From positions 13,764,001 to 13,828,000 of the forward strand of contig NC_047077.1 in NCBI RefSeq assembly GCF_902459465.1: 64,000 nucleotides of DNA. Direction: 5' to 3'. A program made the translations under genes and the position numbers. Below, piece by piece: positions 39,901-51,983 of this stretch; positions within the stretch are counted from its first letter, which is position 1; each line of letters begins with the position of its first letter. The notes beneath the pieces were generated by a model. The model was not told the DNA's origin. It did not search any database and was given only the letters and a program-made list of their open reading frames with translations. The DNA comes from Asterias rubens (taxonomy: Eukaryota).

Positions 39901-42900
39901 GGGGATACACACTGCACCATATCGGGCATTTTATTTTATGCAAGTTGAGCTCAAAAATTTAAACAAGCTCAAATGATTGACAAACTTCACTTGGAATGGG
40001 CCTTCATTTTCAAAACATTCCCAGCTACAGTCTGTAGTAACAGAGGGATTTTAAAGAAACTTGTGTCAAGTGAACAACTGCTTTGCTGTGCTATGACCCT
40101 ATTCGGACATTCATTTAAATTGCTAACTTTCAATTGTTGTCCCTATATTTATGGGACGCACCATCAGAAAATGACCTCTCACCTTTCAAGTATCTTGGGA
40201 ATCCATATAAGGGCATGACGACGAGTATTCCCAAACAGGCTGGCATGACGAGACCCAGCCACCACGCACCGATCCATAGTGGATGATCTGCATTTATTCC
40301 TCTGCAAAGAGCAGCAAAAAACATTACACATTAACGCAGTTGCACTTTGCCAAATTGTATTTGCGTTTTGCTACAAGTTTATCCGTCTCGTCCAGCAATT
40401 CCACCCAGTGACAATCTCAATGGTTGATTGACACAATCTCCAAAATGGTGGGATCGTATAAATTGTTTAAAACGTTGTCCAAAAATGTTAAGTACATTTT
40501 TGTGAAGTGCCTTATAGAACATTATTACGAGGTGAAATTTGGACGAGTGAAATGGAATTCAGATTTAAAAAAAGTTATTATATTCTGCGACAATGCTTAT
40601 ACCAAATGCATTCATTTTTTCTTTATATAATTCACTAATATTCCACACATTGTTTGTTGAACATTTTTCACAAAAAAATCACAGTCCAGATACGGAAACT
40701 CGTTCACCCCGGTCTCTAAAACGTTGTGTAAACCCCCAATGTGACAATACCTTGAAAGTCGATTATACAAACGGGCGGGGAATGAATATTTTGGAAACGA
40801 CGCTACGAACCGTCCTATAATTATCCATATGGGACTCCTATATTAAATTTTGGAGCGTGGATGACACGTGGCGCGATTTCACCAATCTTTAATATGACAT
40901 ACATCATGTTCGTGTTCTTTAGGAATTGTGGTGATTCAGAACAGAACAAGTGGTTTGAAAACTCGACATTTCGATCAAGCTGCTCTCCTCTGACCGTCTT
41001 CATGAGAATGTATCCATCACTAATGTTTCCCACCGTGCAAGTTTAAAAAAAAAAAACATTTAAAATGAAATGTTCAGAAGCTAAATCGAAACAGACGACA
41101 AGAGGATTTACTTACTCGTTAGGCTCCTTGGGGAAGTCTGTATATATTCCTAGGAACAGACCACCGACAAGATATCCAATTGCTGGACCCAGAGTAGTAA
41201 CTGCCTGGAAAACACCTGTTACATGTACCAACAATAATAGAGATTTGTACAACTATTATCTTCTATGAAAATCTGTAATGTTCATTTTGTTCATATTCAT
41301 GAAAAATTGATTATGACGGGAGTTCGTCAAAATAATTTAAAAATGCAATAGAGTTGAAAAACATGGACAAGAAAAGTTTTATTTCTTTTCCGTTATGGTT
41401 TTCCGGATATCTGAATATTATTAGTATATTGGATTATTCAAATCTGCTTGTAGCAGTGGACACTATTGGTAATTGTCAAAGACTAGCCTTTACAGCTGGT
41501 GTATCTCAACATAAGCATTAAATAACAAACCTGTGAAAATTTCAGCTCAATCGGTCATCGAACTTGCGAGATAATAATGAAAAAAAAAACACCCTAGTCA
41601 CACGAAGTTGTGTGCGTTTAGATGGTTGATTTCGAGACCTCAAGTTCTACATCTGAGGTCTCGAAATTAAATTCGTGGAAAATAACTTCTTTCTCGAAAA
41701 CTATGTCACTTCAGAGGGAGCCGTCTCTCACAATGTGTTATGCCATCAACCTCGTTACCAAGAAAGGTTACTCGTTACCAAGAAAGGTTTTATGCTAACA
41801 AATATTTTGAGTAATTACCAATAGTGTCCACTGCCTTTAACAGGCTGAACAAGCAGATGAACAAGGAGCAAAAGTCCAAACATCAAGATAAAACTAGTAG
41901 ATAGCATTAAATATACACAATAACAGCGGATTATACCCAAAAGAGAAAAAATCATCCAAGAGTCAAGGCAATGTCAAAATCACCGACATTTGTTTGTAGG
42001 TGATCTTCCCAAACATTGAGTTTAAGTCATATGATTTCAAATTGTGCAAATCAAGAAATTGAGATACAGTAACTAGACTACAATATTCCAGTCATTGTAA
42101 AATCAGCGTTTAGCTTTGGTAGGATTCGAACCCACAACCTTGTGATTGCAAGTCCTGCAGTCTAATCACTAAAGTGACCATGTTTACTCACCTACATAAA
42201 GTGACACGCTCACCGGATTGACGTTTTCATCAAGATACGTCACACCAAGTGTGTACAAAGGTGAGGCACCTATTCCATGCAGCGCCTGCGCCGCCACAAA
42301 CATCCAGAAATAGTTACTTAAACTAGTATCCCCCGCATTGCAACCCGGAACCTCGGCCCGGTTCGGATCGCACGTGTCGACATCAGACGGCATGACGTCA
42401 TAGTCTGGTGTCAGGAAGTGCGGCAGCATGAATATGATGGAGCCTAGAACAAAGATCAGGGAACCAGTTCCGAGCCACTTGGGCTTGTGGCTTTTCTCAC
42501 CAATGTACGTGACGAAGACGATGATGACCATGACGGAGAAGTCGTAACAGCTGCTGATGGATCCGCTCTGGACGCTCGGCAGGGAGAACCGTTTCTCCAG
42601 CGTGGACGTGATGACGTAGATGAAACCGTTCACCGTCATGCCCTGCACGAGGGCGAACCAACTCAGAAACACCAGGTACCCCTTGGGGTTGTTCAGGAAC
42701 TGGAGACACCCTGGCCGGAACCCGAGCCACCCGTACCTCACGTAGTCATCCGGATCGTCCGAAGATGAACTCATTCTCCGGGTTTTTCCTCCGTTGAGAT
42801 TCCGGATCTCCACTTCGCCCCGCCCATGGGTGGTATCCCCATTCTGATAGTTTGATGTCTCCATCTCGTTGTTGTAACTTGGGTTGTTAAAACCGTTTTC

Positions 42901-42948
42901 GACTTCCCCGCCCCCAGACGATAACACGGCGGTACTTTCTTTATCCAT
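31297..42948 (-). CDS. SLCO4: SLCO4-like organic anion transporting polypeptide (OATP4A1/4C1-like), 708 aa, 10 coding exons
   Basis: Exons (transcript order) 42948-42192, 41215-41116, 40301-40183, 36521-36447, 36128-35943, 35006-34811, 34442-34277, 33880-33708, 33156-33092 and 31586-31297; all GT-AG and phase-consistent (2127 nt). Motifs: YGWLGFRPGCLQFLNNPK, STLEKRF, GASPLYTLGVTYLDEN, LWIGAWWLG, Kazal loop PVCGSNNVMYYSSCHAGC, GTVPGPIIFGSIIDRSCVLW. An acceptor at 43029 implies an upstream non-coding exon. The subfamily call is from motif recall, not a phylogeny. Confidence 0.93.
32638..32676 (-). ncRNA. Minimal type I hammerhead ribozyme motif (Penelope-associated type)
   Basis: Minus strand GCCU-CUGAAGA-A-GGUCC(GGUUC)GGAUC-GAAA-GC-UA-AGGC: 4-bp stem I, core CUGANGA/GAAA, 5-bp stem II, palindromic AGCU stem III, predicted UA cleavage site. 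Confidence 0.6.
35278..35786. mobile_element. PIF/Harbinger-like MITE with 3-bp CAG TSD
   Basis: CAG-GGGCGGATT...AATCCGCCC-CAG with internal TAAGAC/TAAGTC and GCTATAA repeats. Confidence 0.7.
36860..37040. repeat. (CAA)n microsatellite preceded by CCCCAA repeats
   Basis: More than 20 consecutive CAA units from about 36924, then CAG units. Confidence 0.97.
39118..39493 (-). mobile_element. Kolobok/T2-type MITE, subfamily with AGG(G)AAGGTAC TIR
   Basis: TTAA-AAGGAAGGTACACGTTTGGTAATT...TAATAGCGTACCTTCCCT-TTAA with the same body as the main family. Confidence 0.82.
41452..41840 (+). mobile_element. Kolobok/T2-type MITE
   Basis: GCAGTGGACACTATTGGTAATTGTCAAAG...GTGTCCACTGCCT-TTAA; left TTAA lost. 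Confidence 0.88.
42112..42180 (-). mobile_element. tRNA-derived SINE head fragment
   Basis: Minus strand TAGTGATTAGACTGCAGGACTTGCAATCACAAGGTTGTGGGTTCGAATCCTACC. Confidence 0.55.
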
Positions 42949-44015
42949 TGGCTACCTCTCTGCCATTATTTTCTCATAGATAGATAAATAAACTATTGAG
43001 CTTGTGGTTTATGTTCGGCTAAAGTTACCTGCAAGTAAGCATAAACAAAATGACTCGTTAAAATAACATAGCTCAAGTGTATTGAAGCCCTGAGGAAAGG
43101 GTACCCTACTCCGCCATAATGTTACACGCTAAAAACTCCCGAGTCAGAATTGACGCGGATTCTGGGGTCACTATACAGATCCAGAAATGGGTCAGGCAGC
43201 ACAGAACGAAGATCGGACGAAGAACACAAGACGAAGATTATGACCCGTAAGTTTTGTGCGTTTTGTGTGTGTGTTTTTAATGAGTGACCGCCTTGTTCGT
43301 CCGGCCTTCCTCAGGCAAACCCAGGGGTAATTTTTTGTTTCGTACCACACGCTGGCCACGGGGTCAACAGTGAAGGGATCTGGGAAAGCGCCCATACCTT
43401 ATGCGTGTATGCGATGGCCAGCGTCTGGTACGAACAAAAACTTTGCACCCAGGGGCACAGCCACAACTGCAAATGTGGCTGAAATAGGGCTACCTACAAA
43501 ACCCTTCGCAGTCAATATTATGATGCATGCTTTGCTATCATCCACCAAGAGCCTGGCTGGTAGAGGTATAGCAGAATGCACCTATGGTATTGAGAAGTTG
43601 GTCAACAATTGAATGAACAACGTTTTACGGGGTGCTCTAAATATAACAACTCGAACTTTATCGAAGACAATGTGACGACGCCCTTCCAGCAATGAGGTCA
43701 CCTTCCGTATGACATTTGCCTTTGGGGTCAACAAACTTTCTGAGGCACATTAAACTCGGAATACAATAACTACTACTCAGACTTAATCATGTATTTACAG
43801 GTCTTTGATTTTTGGAACCAACAAGGTCAGACATTAACAAGCTAACACAAATCCTGATACCACAAACCGAAACAACAATGGCTTCCATGTTCCTTGTGCA
43901 AATTAAATCAAAGCCGAGGTAAACAAAACAAACAGAATGTGTTGTTAGGATTATAATGTCTAAGTCTCGCGAGTCTCGCAAAAGTATCGCGCGTATTCGA
44001 ACATTGGGGCCCGTT

Positions 44016-44310
44016 TCAAGGCTCCGACTGGTATTTACTCAAAATCATTTGTTGTAGTATAAAACATTGTGAGAAACGGCTCCCTCTGAAGTAACGTAGT
44101 TTGTGAAAAAGAGGTAATTTCACACTCAAATATTAAGAAGCATTTTTAATATGCATCTGTCAAAGTAATGTAACAGGGTGTTTTTCTATTATTCTCTTGC
44201 AACTTCGAAGGCCAAACTTTCATAGGTTTGTTATTTCATGCATATCTTGAGATACACCAAGTGAGAAGACTGGTCTTTTGACAATTACCAAATGTGTCCA
44301 GTGCCTTTAA
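44016..44310 (-). mobile_element. Kolobok/T2-type MITE, internally deleted
   Basis: Family body; ends AAATGTGTCCAGTGCCT-TTAA. Confidence 0.78.
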
Positions 44311-45442
44311 AGGTGCATAATATTGTTCCCTTCGTCGTGAAGCAAGGAACCCTTCCTCCGGACCCATTGATCTATATTATATTGATGGAGGTCAAAAGTT
44401 GGACCTAAGTGGTCACAACAAATTCTAAACCGTTATTTTTCCGAACAATGTATGAAACAACAAGAGAAACTTATGGGTACATTTTGAAGCGATTTAGTTA
44501 GGGTTAACAATGTACATACTTACATAAACAATACATCAAGGAATAAACCACAAGAGACATTAACCCACAGATGTCGCTGGTTCAAGTCCCGCTCCAGGCA
44601 GACAAACTGTCTTTTTTAAACCCAAACAACAAATTACATACACAGCATGCAACTTCAATGAGGCAAACTGTGGATAATATCCCACCAATGTTGTATGACC
44701 TGCAATGTGTCTCTAACTCCAGGTGGGTTTGGTTCCACCCTGAAAAAATCAGCCCATATTCATGTTGACTTAGTTTATCACGTTGCGGTGTGCAGCATGA
44801 TTGTAATCGCTGATAATATAAAAACCTTCATTACACCGTGTTAGGTCTATAAAAAAAAACATGTACTGCGTCCCGCCGGCTTCCCTTTTTAGAGTCCGCT
44901 TCCTTTTTCGTATAGGATTATAAACAAAATTCAAAAGATGATATAATATTTTAACGATAATAACATAAATGTAAGCCAAGCCTGTTGTCTAAAAAGAAAA
45001 ACAATTTCCTTTTTCCTTTTTCAAAAAGGCAGGACGCTAAACACGTTTTTATTTGCTGTTGGCCTTACTCATCGTTGCACAGTTGGATCATGGAGGAATA
45101 AATTTATTCCTCCATGGTTGGATGTAGTATTTCCACTTGTTATCAAATCGCTAATCATTAACTATAATCATATAACTGTAACGATAAGGCATTCATTTTT
45201 ATAACCACGAGGGTTTAATGTTTATTTTCTACTGTGTTGGTTTTGAGTTTATGGTGCAACCATAATAACATGCATTATAAAGTCACGTGCGGTCAATTTG
45301 TTGGAGCAAATAAAACCTCCATGAACTAGGTTCCCACTACGTCAGGTTTGAAAACTCTTATTCTCTTATAAATTCTCAAATGTTGGGTTTTCTCGCCAAC
45401 AGGCCCTTTAATCGATTCAGTAATAATTAAAAACAAAAAGTA

Positions 45443-45771
45443 TATAGGAGAGTTTGCGGTAACACCATGTAATAACAATCTCTAAATGAGTTGGGGTGGT
45501 TCTGAAAAGAACCGTTGGATTAACTCGACGTTTCGATCAGTATGCTCTGATCAAAAGAACCGTTGGATTAACTCGACGTTTCGATCAGTATGCTCTGATC
45601 AAGACGATCAGAGCATACTGATCGAAACGTTGAGTTAATTCAACGGTTCTTTTCAGAAGACGATCAGAGCATACTGATCGAAACGTCGAGTTAATCCAAC
45701 GGTTCTTTTCAGAACCACCACAACTCATTTAGAGATTGTTATTACATGGTGTTACCGCAAACTCTCCTATA
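45443..45771. repeat. 329-bp near-perfect palindrome of Penelope-type terminal-repeat sequence with an internal 48-bp duplication on each arm
   Basis: TATAGGAGAGTTTGCGGTAACACC...GGTGTTACCGCAAACTCTCCTATA. 48-bp blocks at 45505-45552 and 45553-45600, inverted at 45606-45653 and 45662-45709. Each block carries GATCAG-AGCATA-CTGATC-GAAAC. Confidence 0.85.
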
Positions 45772-46424
45772 TCTTATTTCCACCATGCAAAGTTTCAAAT
45801 CCTACTTAACAAAAGTATGCCATGTTTTTCGGCCGGATTTTCGCCATAAACAAAACACAGACACAACATTCAGTTGCCGATATAATGGCAGAGGGTGTCC
45901 TCCTGCAAATCAACCAATTTATTGGACTTCAAAGAACCGAACGAGAAAACGAGGGAGACAATTAAACACAAGATGGATAGATGAATTAAGATCGTGTGGG
46001 CATATCTTGTCAATGAACAGCTCATGATAGAGAAGAGGGTTTTTTCTCCTGCTGCTGAGTGAAGTAGGCCATAAATCAACCAATTATTGGACCCCTAACA
46101 TGAAAAAGGGGGACAAAACACAAGATGGCGGAGGATGAATGAACTAAGAATTAGGGGCATTGATTGTCAACAACAAAACTCAGGATGAAGTGAAATGTTG
46201 AATTGATGGAGAGGCTTTCCTCTTGCAGCTTTTAGTTATTAGTATTAATTATTCGGCATTCACACATACAATAAGGAGCACGACAAAACTCAAAATGACA
46301 AGGGAACATAGAGAAAAAAAAACTAGCAACACATGCCAGGGAAAAGAGGCCAAGTGAAGTAGGCCAGATAGGATAGAAAAGAAAGAGTTACCAGGTGAAA
46401 TGCAGTATCATCTTTTCTATGAGA

Positions 46425-47771
46425 TTAAAGACAGTGTACACTATTGGTATTTGTCAAAAACCAGTCTTCTCTCTTGGTGTATCTCAACAAAATGCATAAA
46501 ATAACAAACCTGTGAAAATTTGAGCTCGATCGGTCGCACAGTGGGCCAGAATTGAATCAAAGTGTGCCAAATTATATCTCAACATATTTTTGGTGAAAAT
46601 TATATTTAAACATATTTATGATGGAAAGTTGGTTGTAAGGGGTTTTCCTTCTGATACGTAGAATTTGATGGTCATGGTTTTAAAGGTCTATGACGTCATC
46701 ATAGTCCTGAATCGTGATTGGTCGGCAAGAGTTAATAACTACTAATATCGTTTTGTTCATTTTTTCCCCTAGGCATATCAAAGAAACAGTTTGTGAACAA
46801 TTAATGTTTTGCGATGCAAAGTGTGTTTTCATAAGGGTTTCTAAAAGCGTTACTCATAAAGGGTGGTCTTTCTTTGATGCTAAACAGAGAAATATGACCG
46901 CTGACACACGCACTGTCGTTACAGGTGGTTGAGTCAAAACAGGGTATACAACTTCAAAATTGAATAATTTCCAAAGTCGCAAAATGTCGCAACCAAATTT
47001 GGTTTTAGACTGTTCCTGAAGGTTCAGGCTACTGAAAAAAGTTAGAATTAAAGCGGCAATCGGCGGCATTTTATATTTCCTATGTCTCTGATTGAAATAA
47101 ATGAAAACTAGGAGGCATTTTATGGGATTTATCAGATTTTTTCAAACAGTAAACAGAAATTAAACTGATTATTAATTTAATTTTCATGAAATATGGACTA
47201 TAAACAACCATCGACACGGTTTTCATGGCATTATCTTTTATGAGCGTTCAGGGTCGCAAGTTAAAATACCCATTAAGTTCAACGGTTTTGCCGCACTTTG
47301 TTACGATTTTTTGTCTAAATAAAGTCATAACCCTAATTTTAAAGAGTTTTGTTTCATTAATTCTTTCTTTTAACATACCCCTGGACTATTAAGAACAATA
47401 ACAAAATGGAAGTACTGATTTTTGAAACAATCACCAGTTGCCTATTTTTTTTTGGCGCAGTTTGACCTTGACCTGGCCCACTGTGGGTCGTCGGAGTTGC
47501 AAGATAACTATGAAAGAAAAAAAACACCCTTGTCACACGAAGTTGTGTGCGTGTATATAGATGCTTGATTTCGAGACCTCAAGTTCTAAACTTGAGGTCT
47601 CGAAATCAAATTCGTGGAAAATTACTCCCTTCTCCAAAACTAGGTCACTTCAGTGGGAGCTGTTTCTCACAATGTTTTATACCATCAACCTCTCCCCATT
47701 ACTCGTTACAAAGTAAGGTTTTATGCCAATAATTATTTTGAGTAATTACCAATAGTGTCCACTGCCTTTAA
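46425..47771 (+). mobile_element. Kolobok/T2-type MITE split by the Transib-like insertion
   Basis: The 5' part (46425-46536) and 3' part (47486-47771) rejoin into a complete element flanked by TTAA. Confidence 0.9.
46537..47485. mobile_element. Non-autonomous Transib/RAG-like DNA transposon (949 bp) with CACAGTG termini and 5-bp TSD, nested in a Kolobok-type MITE
   Basis: Perfect 13-bp TIR CACAGTGGGCCAG at 46537-46549 and CTGGCCCACTGTG at 47473-47485. GGTCG is duplicated at 46532-46536 and 47486-47490. The host MITE sequence resumes seamlessly on both sides. No long ORF inside. Confidence 0.85.
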
Positions 47772-48670
47772 GCCAATTATTCATTGCCTATATGCCCGCA
47801 ATTTTGACTGTTGCATAACTAACCTAACAAAATACAACTCGCTTTGTTGTGTCATCGACCACCAAATGCATGGGGCAAGTCAGATGAGGTATGTAGCTTT
47901 ACCATTGCCTGCAGAATTGTTCCTTTTGTAATCCCCAAATGTATCTCAATCAATGATGGGAAATTTCAGTGGATGAATGGAACACGAGGATTTGAGGCTC
48001 AGTCCCATAGTCTCCGAACAACTTCAGAGGCCAGGGTTAAAACCACATGAAACCAATGTAAAGTTACGCCAATTGGTCTGTGTATCTGGAGATATCATGA
48101 AGACATCAACCAGACGGTGTTCCTAGTCCATGGCGCATTATTATCTTTAGTAGTAGTACATTTCTATTATGTAAATTTAAACTCAAGGTCAGAGTCAATG
48201 TGGTGCAGTGTACCATGGTATTACTGTACAACTGTATACGTCTGTTGTTAAGGCCTATACTATTCCTCGCTCTATGGTTGTGTAGTGCAATTACACCTGT
48301 ATGAGTGGACAGCATAAACTTTCGCTTTACAGTTTGTTTATAGTCAAAATAAACATCTATATCTAGCTGCTAGAGTGGGAGCATCAATATTGCCAGGGAA
48401 ATCACAAACTCTGAAACAAATCTATTCTTATTATGATTTGTCTGATTCATACACATTCATTTTCCTTGCCCCCCCCCCCCTTCCCCCCCCCCATCCACAC
48501 AGAACTGAGATTTTAAAAATCTAGTTGTTAGAAATGTTGTTCTCATCTTTAAACAGTTATTATGGCCTATTCATCACCTTTTTAATTTTTTAACTATCTA
48601 TTAATTTTTGTTATATTTACTACAACATTTTGTTCTATACTCTATTGTTTTCAAAATCAGTCTGGCAGTC

Positions 48671-48915
48671 ACTCTCTTAATGTAAAAGAGTGAAAAAGCA
48701 CTCTTTGAAGAGCCATATGAAGGACAACTCTTTTTCGAGTGGTCTTCCACACTTTTAGATTGAAGTTTGCATCTTTTGGAGTGATGTTTCACTCTGACCT
48801 GGAGTGAAACCCCTCTAAAAGAGTGAAATAACCACCACTCTTTTTGAAGCGCCGTATGGAGGACAGCTCGAAATGTAAAGAGTGGTGTTTTTTTACTCTT
48901 TTACATTTAGAGAGT
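48671..48915. mobile_element. Foldback MITE built of AGAGTG/CACTCT repeats
   Basis: About 35-bp imperfect TIR ACTCTCTTAATGTAAAAGAGTGAAAAAGCACTCTTT with repeated internal AAGAGTG...CACTCT hairpins. Confidence 0.6.
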
Positions 48916-50973
48916 AACGACTTGAATACATTTTGAAATCGTGAATTCGAAGTCTCCAACTATTTCTCACTTGTCATGGAAATTTGCTTAGCATGAATTT
49001 CTTCCTTGATAAAAACACGATTACCAACCAAATTTCCATTTTGTTGCATAAATTGCTTGTTGCTGATTCAGCTGTTGTTTGCTTATCCTGAAAATCACGT
49101 GGAAATTTGGCTGGTATTCCTGTTTCTATCAATGAAGACATTTCTAAGCAAATTTGTGTGCTTAGAAGCTCTATGAAATTGGGCCCAGGCCGGACTGATA
49201 CAACCGGTGCGATACAACAGCCAGGTGCAGCTGTGAAGTGTAGCTACACATTGGCAACGAGTATGCTGGGTAATGGAAACAACAAATTGTGGTATGACAG
49301 AATTGTATTGCTGCAACCCTGACACGTTATCTTTTACAAGGATAATGAAGGTTTAAATGGTCAGTTTATACAGTGAACCATTGAGGTGACAAATGCACTG
49401 TGGCAGTGAGTGTCTATGCCTTTATGGTGGCAAGGGGGAGGGCGCGGTGCCCCTGTTCATATTATTTCGGTGGCCGGGAAATACAATTCTCAAACTCTGC
49501 TACAAAGAAGCGTAGCCTACTACTATTTGTCTGCTTATAAATATAATTATGTCCTACCTGAAGTTGATGAAAGTCCAGATTATCTTGTCTCTGCTACAGG
49601 TACAGATGAAAGAAAAAGGCAATTCACGGTTCACGTGAAAAGCAACGGTTCAGCGAATAAAATATAAGAGCCGACCCTCTGGCTTCAACCATCAACCCCA
49701 TAATACTACCTTCACAAAAGAGTTCATGACTCACACAACGGCTGATGTATGTCTAAAACCTGCACATTGATCTCTACAATAGTGACCGTAAACATTATTG
49801 AATAGGTGCATGACAAAGCCGTTGAATAAGGGAATCAATACGCCTGCTAAGTGACCTTTAAACGTTGTACTATGAACGCGCGGCTTATTCAAGATTTACA
49901 TAATACCAGTTGGCCTATGGTCGTCGATATTGAATGAACCTTTTATGGTTGAATTGGGTTCCTGTTTAGGACAAAAAAATTGGTCATGCCTTGCGAAGCA
50001 TGAAGAATGCTTTTGCTGTGACATTGATCAATTTTGTTGGATGTCCGACATTCGGGTTTCTTTTCTACTCTTGCGTATCACCGCCTTTTGACGCAGGGAC
50101 GAATAAACCAGTGTATGTGTCAACGGGGCGGGGTAAAAAAACAGTCAACACATTGAAAGTAGACACTTTGCTCTGTCAAGAAAAATTTCGTCGAAAATAC
50201 AATAGTTTTTTTTATTAATTATCTTCGTTTTATTTTTCTTCTCTTATTAATTAGGTTTTCTCGGCCAATTTCAGCAAAAAATCCATTCATTTTAAAACCC
50301 GACTCGTCCAAGTTGGTTTATGAAATTAATGTTCCGTTGAATCAGCATTCAACTGTCCAATTATTCAATTTCACCAATTATTATTTTTAGCATTCACATA
50401 GCAAAAACCTGTGAAAATTAATGTTTGCGTTCAATTAATTTTGTCATCGTAATATAACTGAAAAACACCTTTGGAAAAAAAAAAAAAAAACTCTTTCTCT
50501 AAAATCTACACTTTCATGGTTCAAAGGTGGTCGTTTCTAACAATGTTGTATAGTAATAATTATTTCGAAATGCTCTTTACAAAGTACGATTGTCATTCAT
50601 TTTGGAAGTAGACCTACCGAAGGTCAAAGATGTTACTAAACGAAACTTCAGCTTAATGTCACGGAATAATAATTACCAGTCAGTTTCCCTTGTGGAAAAA
50701 AATAATAACTGATTTATGGGCGTAAAATATTAGTAAGCATTTTGTTTTAATATGATTCCCATTGATGGATTATTTTCTTTTAATAATTAAAATCTTTTAA
50801 TTTATGGCCGGAAGATTAGACATGATAACTTTTTTTCGACTCTATAGGTTGTTTACGTTTTATATTTATATTTTGGGTCAGATCGGCCAAATTTGGACCT
50901 AGTAGTAGTGGCCACAAGCGGCTGGTACGAAAACACCCATAGTGGCCAGACCAACGGCCTCAGGATTTTACCT

Positions 50974-51338
50974 TTAAAGGCAGAGGACACTATTGGTAAT
51001 TGCTCAAAATAATTATTAGCATAAAACCTTACTTGGTAACGATTAATTTGGAGAGGTTGATGGTATAAAACGCTGTGAGAAACGGCTCCCTCTGAAGTGA
51101 CATACTTTTCGAGAGAGAAGTAATTTTTCACGAATTTGATTTCGAGACCTCAGATTCAGAATTTGAGGTCTCGAAATCAACCATCTGAAAGCACACAACT
51201 TCGTAGGACAAGGGTATTTTTTCTTTCATTATTATCTCGCAACTTCGACGACCGATTGAGCTCATTCACAGGTTTGTTATTTCATGCATAATGATGAGAT
51301 ACAGCAAGTGAGTAGACTGGTCTTTGACAATTCCAAAT
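50974..51338 (-). mobile_element. Kolobok/T2-type MITE, right end truncated
   Basis: TTAA-AGGCAGAGGACACTATTGGTAAT followed by a near-consensus body. Confidence 0.87.
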
Positions 51339-51490
51339 GAACTGGGGAGTGTGCTAAATCCTGACAAGACTTTGTGGGATAGAATCGCCGATGAATCTTT
51401 TGACAAAGAAGTTTGTTATAACCGATTATCACCGATAACCGCTATAGAGCCAGAAATGAAGAAAACAAAATTACACGTACACGCGGCCGG

Positions 51491-51983
51491 TGTCGCATGC
51501 AATTACGTCCTCTATGCAATACTATCCGGAGGACACTATTGCATATGCAATAATGTCCGCCGGACGGTTTTGCATATGAAATCGTGTCCGCCCGGACGCT
51601 GCTGCATAATGCAATTGTGTCCGCCCGGACCCATTTGCATATGCAGTTGTGTCCGCCCCCGTGCAAAACCGTCCTTGCAGTAAATTAAACGCCCTTGGTC
51701 GACGGAACACGATCGCCATATTTTTTTTACAAGCTAAGTGCATCAGTGTCATGAATGACATGGGAAATGTTCGGCCGTTGGGTATTCGCTGCAATCATAA
51801 AATACGTGAATATTCATGCTGCATTTATATTGGTTCAGTGCATGCACGCTCGCTTACGCGCGCACATACATGTACAGCCATGTACATGTCCGCCGGACGG
51901 TTGTTGCATAGCCCCGGACACGATTGCATGTAAAAATGTCCGGAGCGGACAGCATTGCATGGCGGACACAATTGCATCTGACA
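51491..51983. mobile_element. Non-autonomous Ginger1-like element (493 bp), TGT...ACA ends, CCGG TSD
   Basis: CCGG at 51487-51490 and 51984-51987 flanks TGTCGCATGCAATT...AATTGCATCTGACA. Many subterminal GTCCGCC(C)GGAC and TGCAT repeats occur in inverted orientation at both ends. Confidence 0.7.

Noticed and set aside
43332-43440. 27-bp imperfect inverted repeat with ~56-nt spacer
   Set aside because: Probably a tiny MITE remnant; no TSD or second copy in the window to support more.
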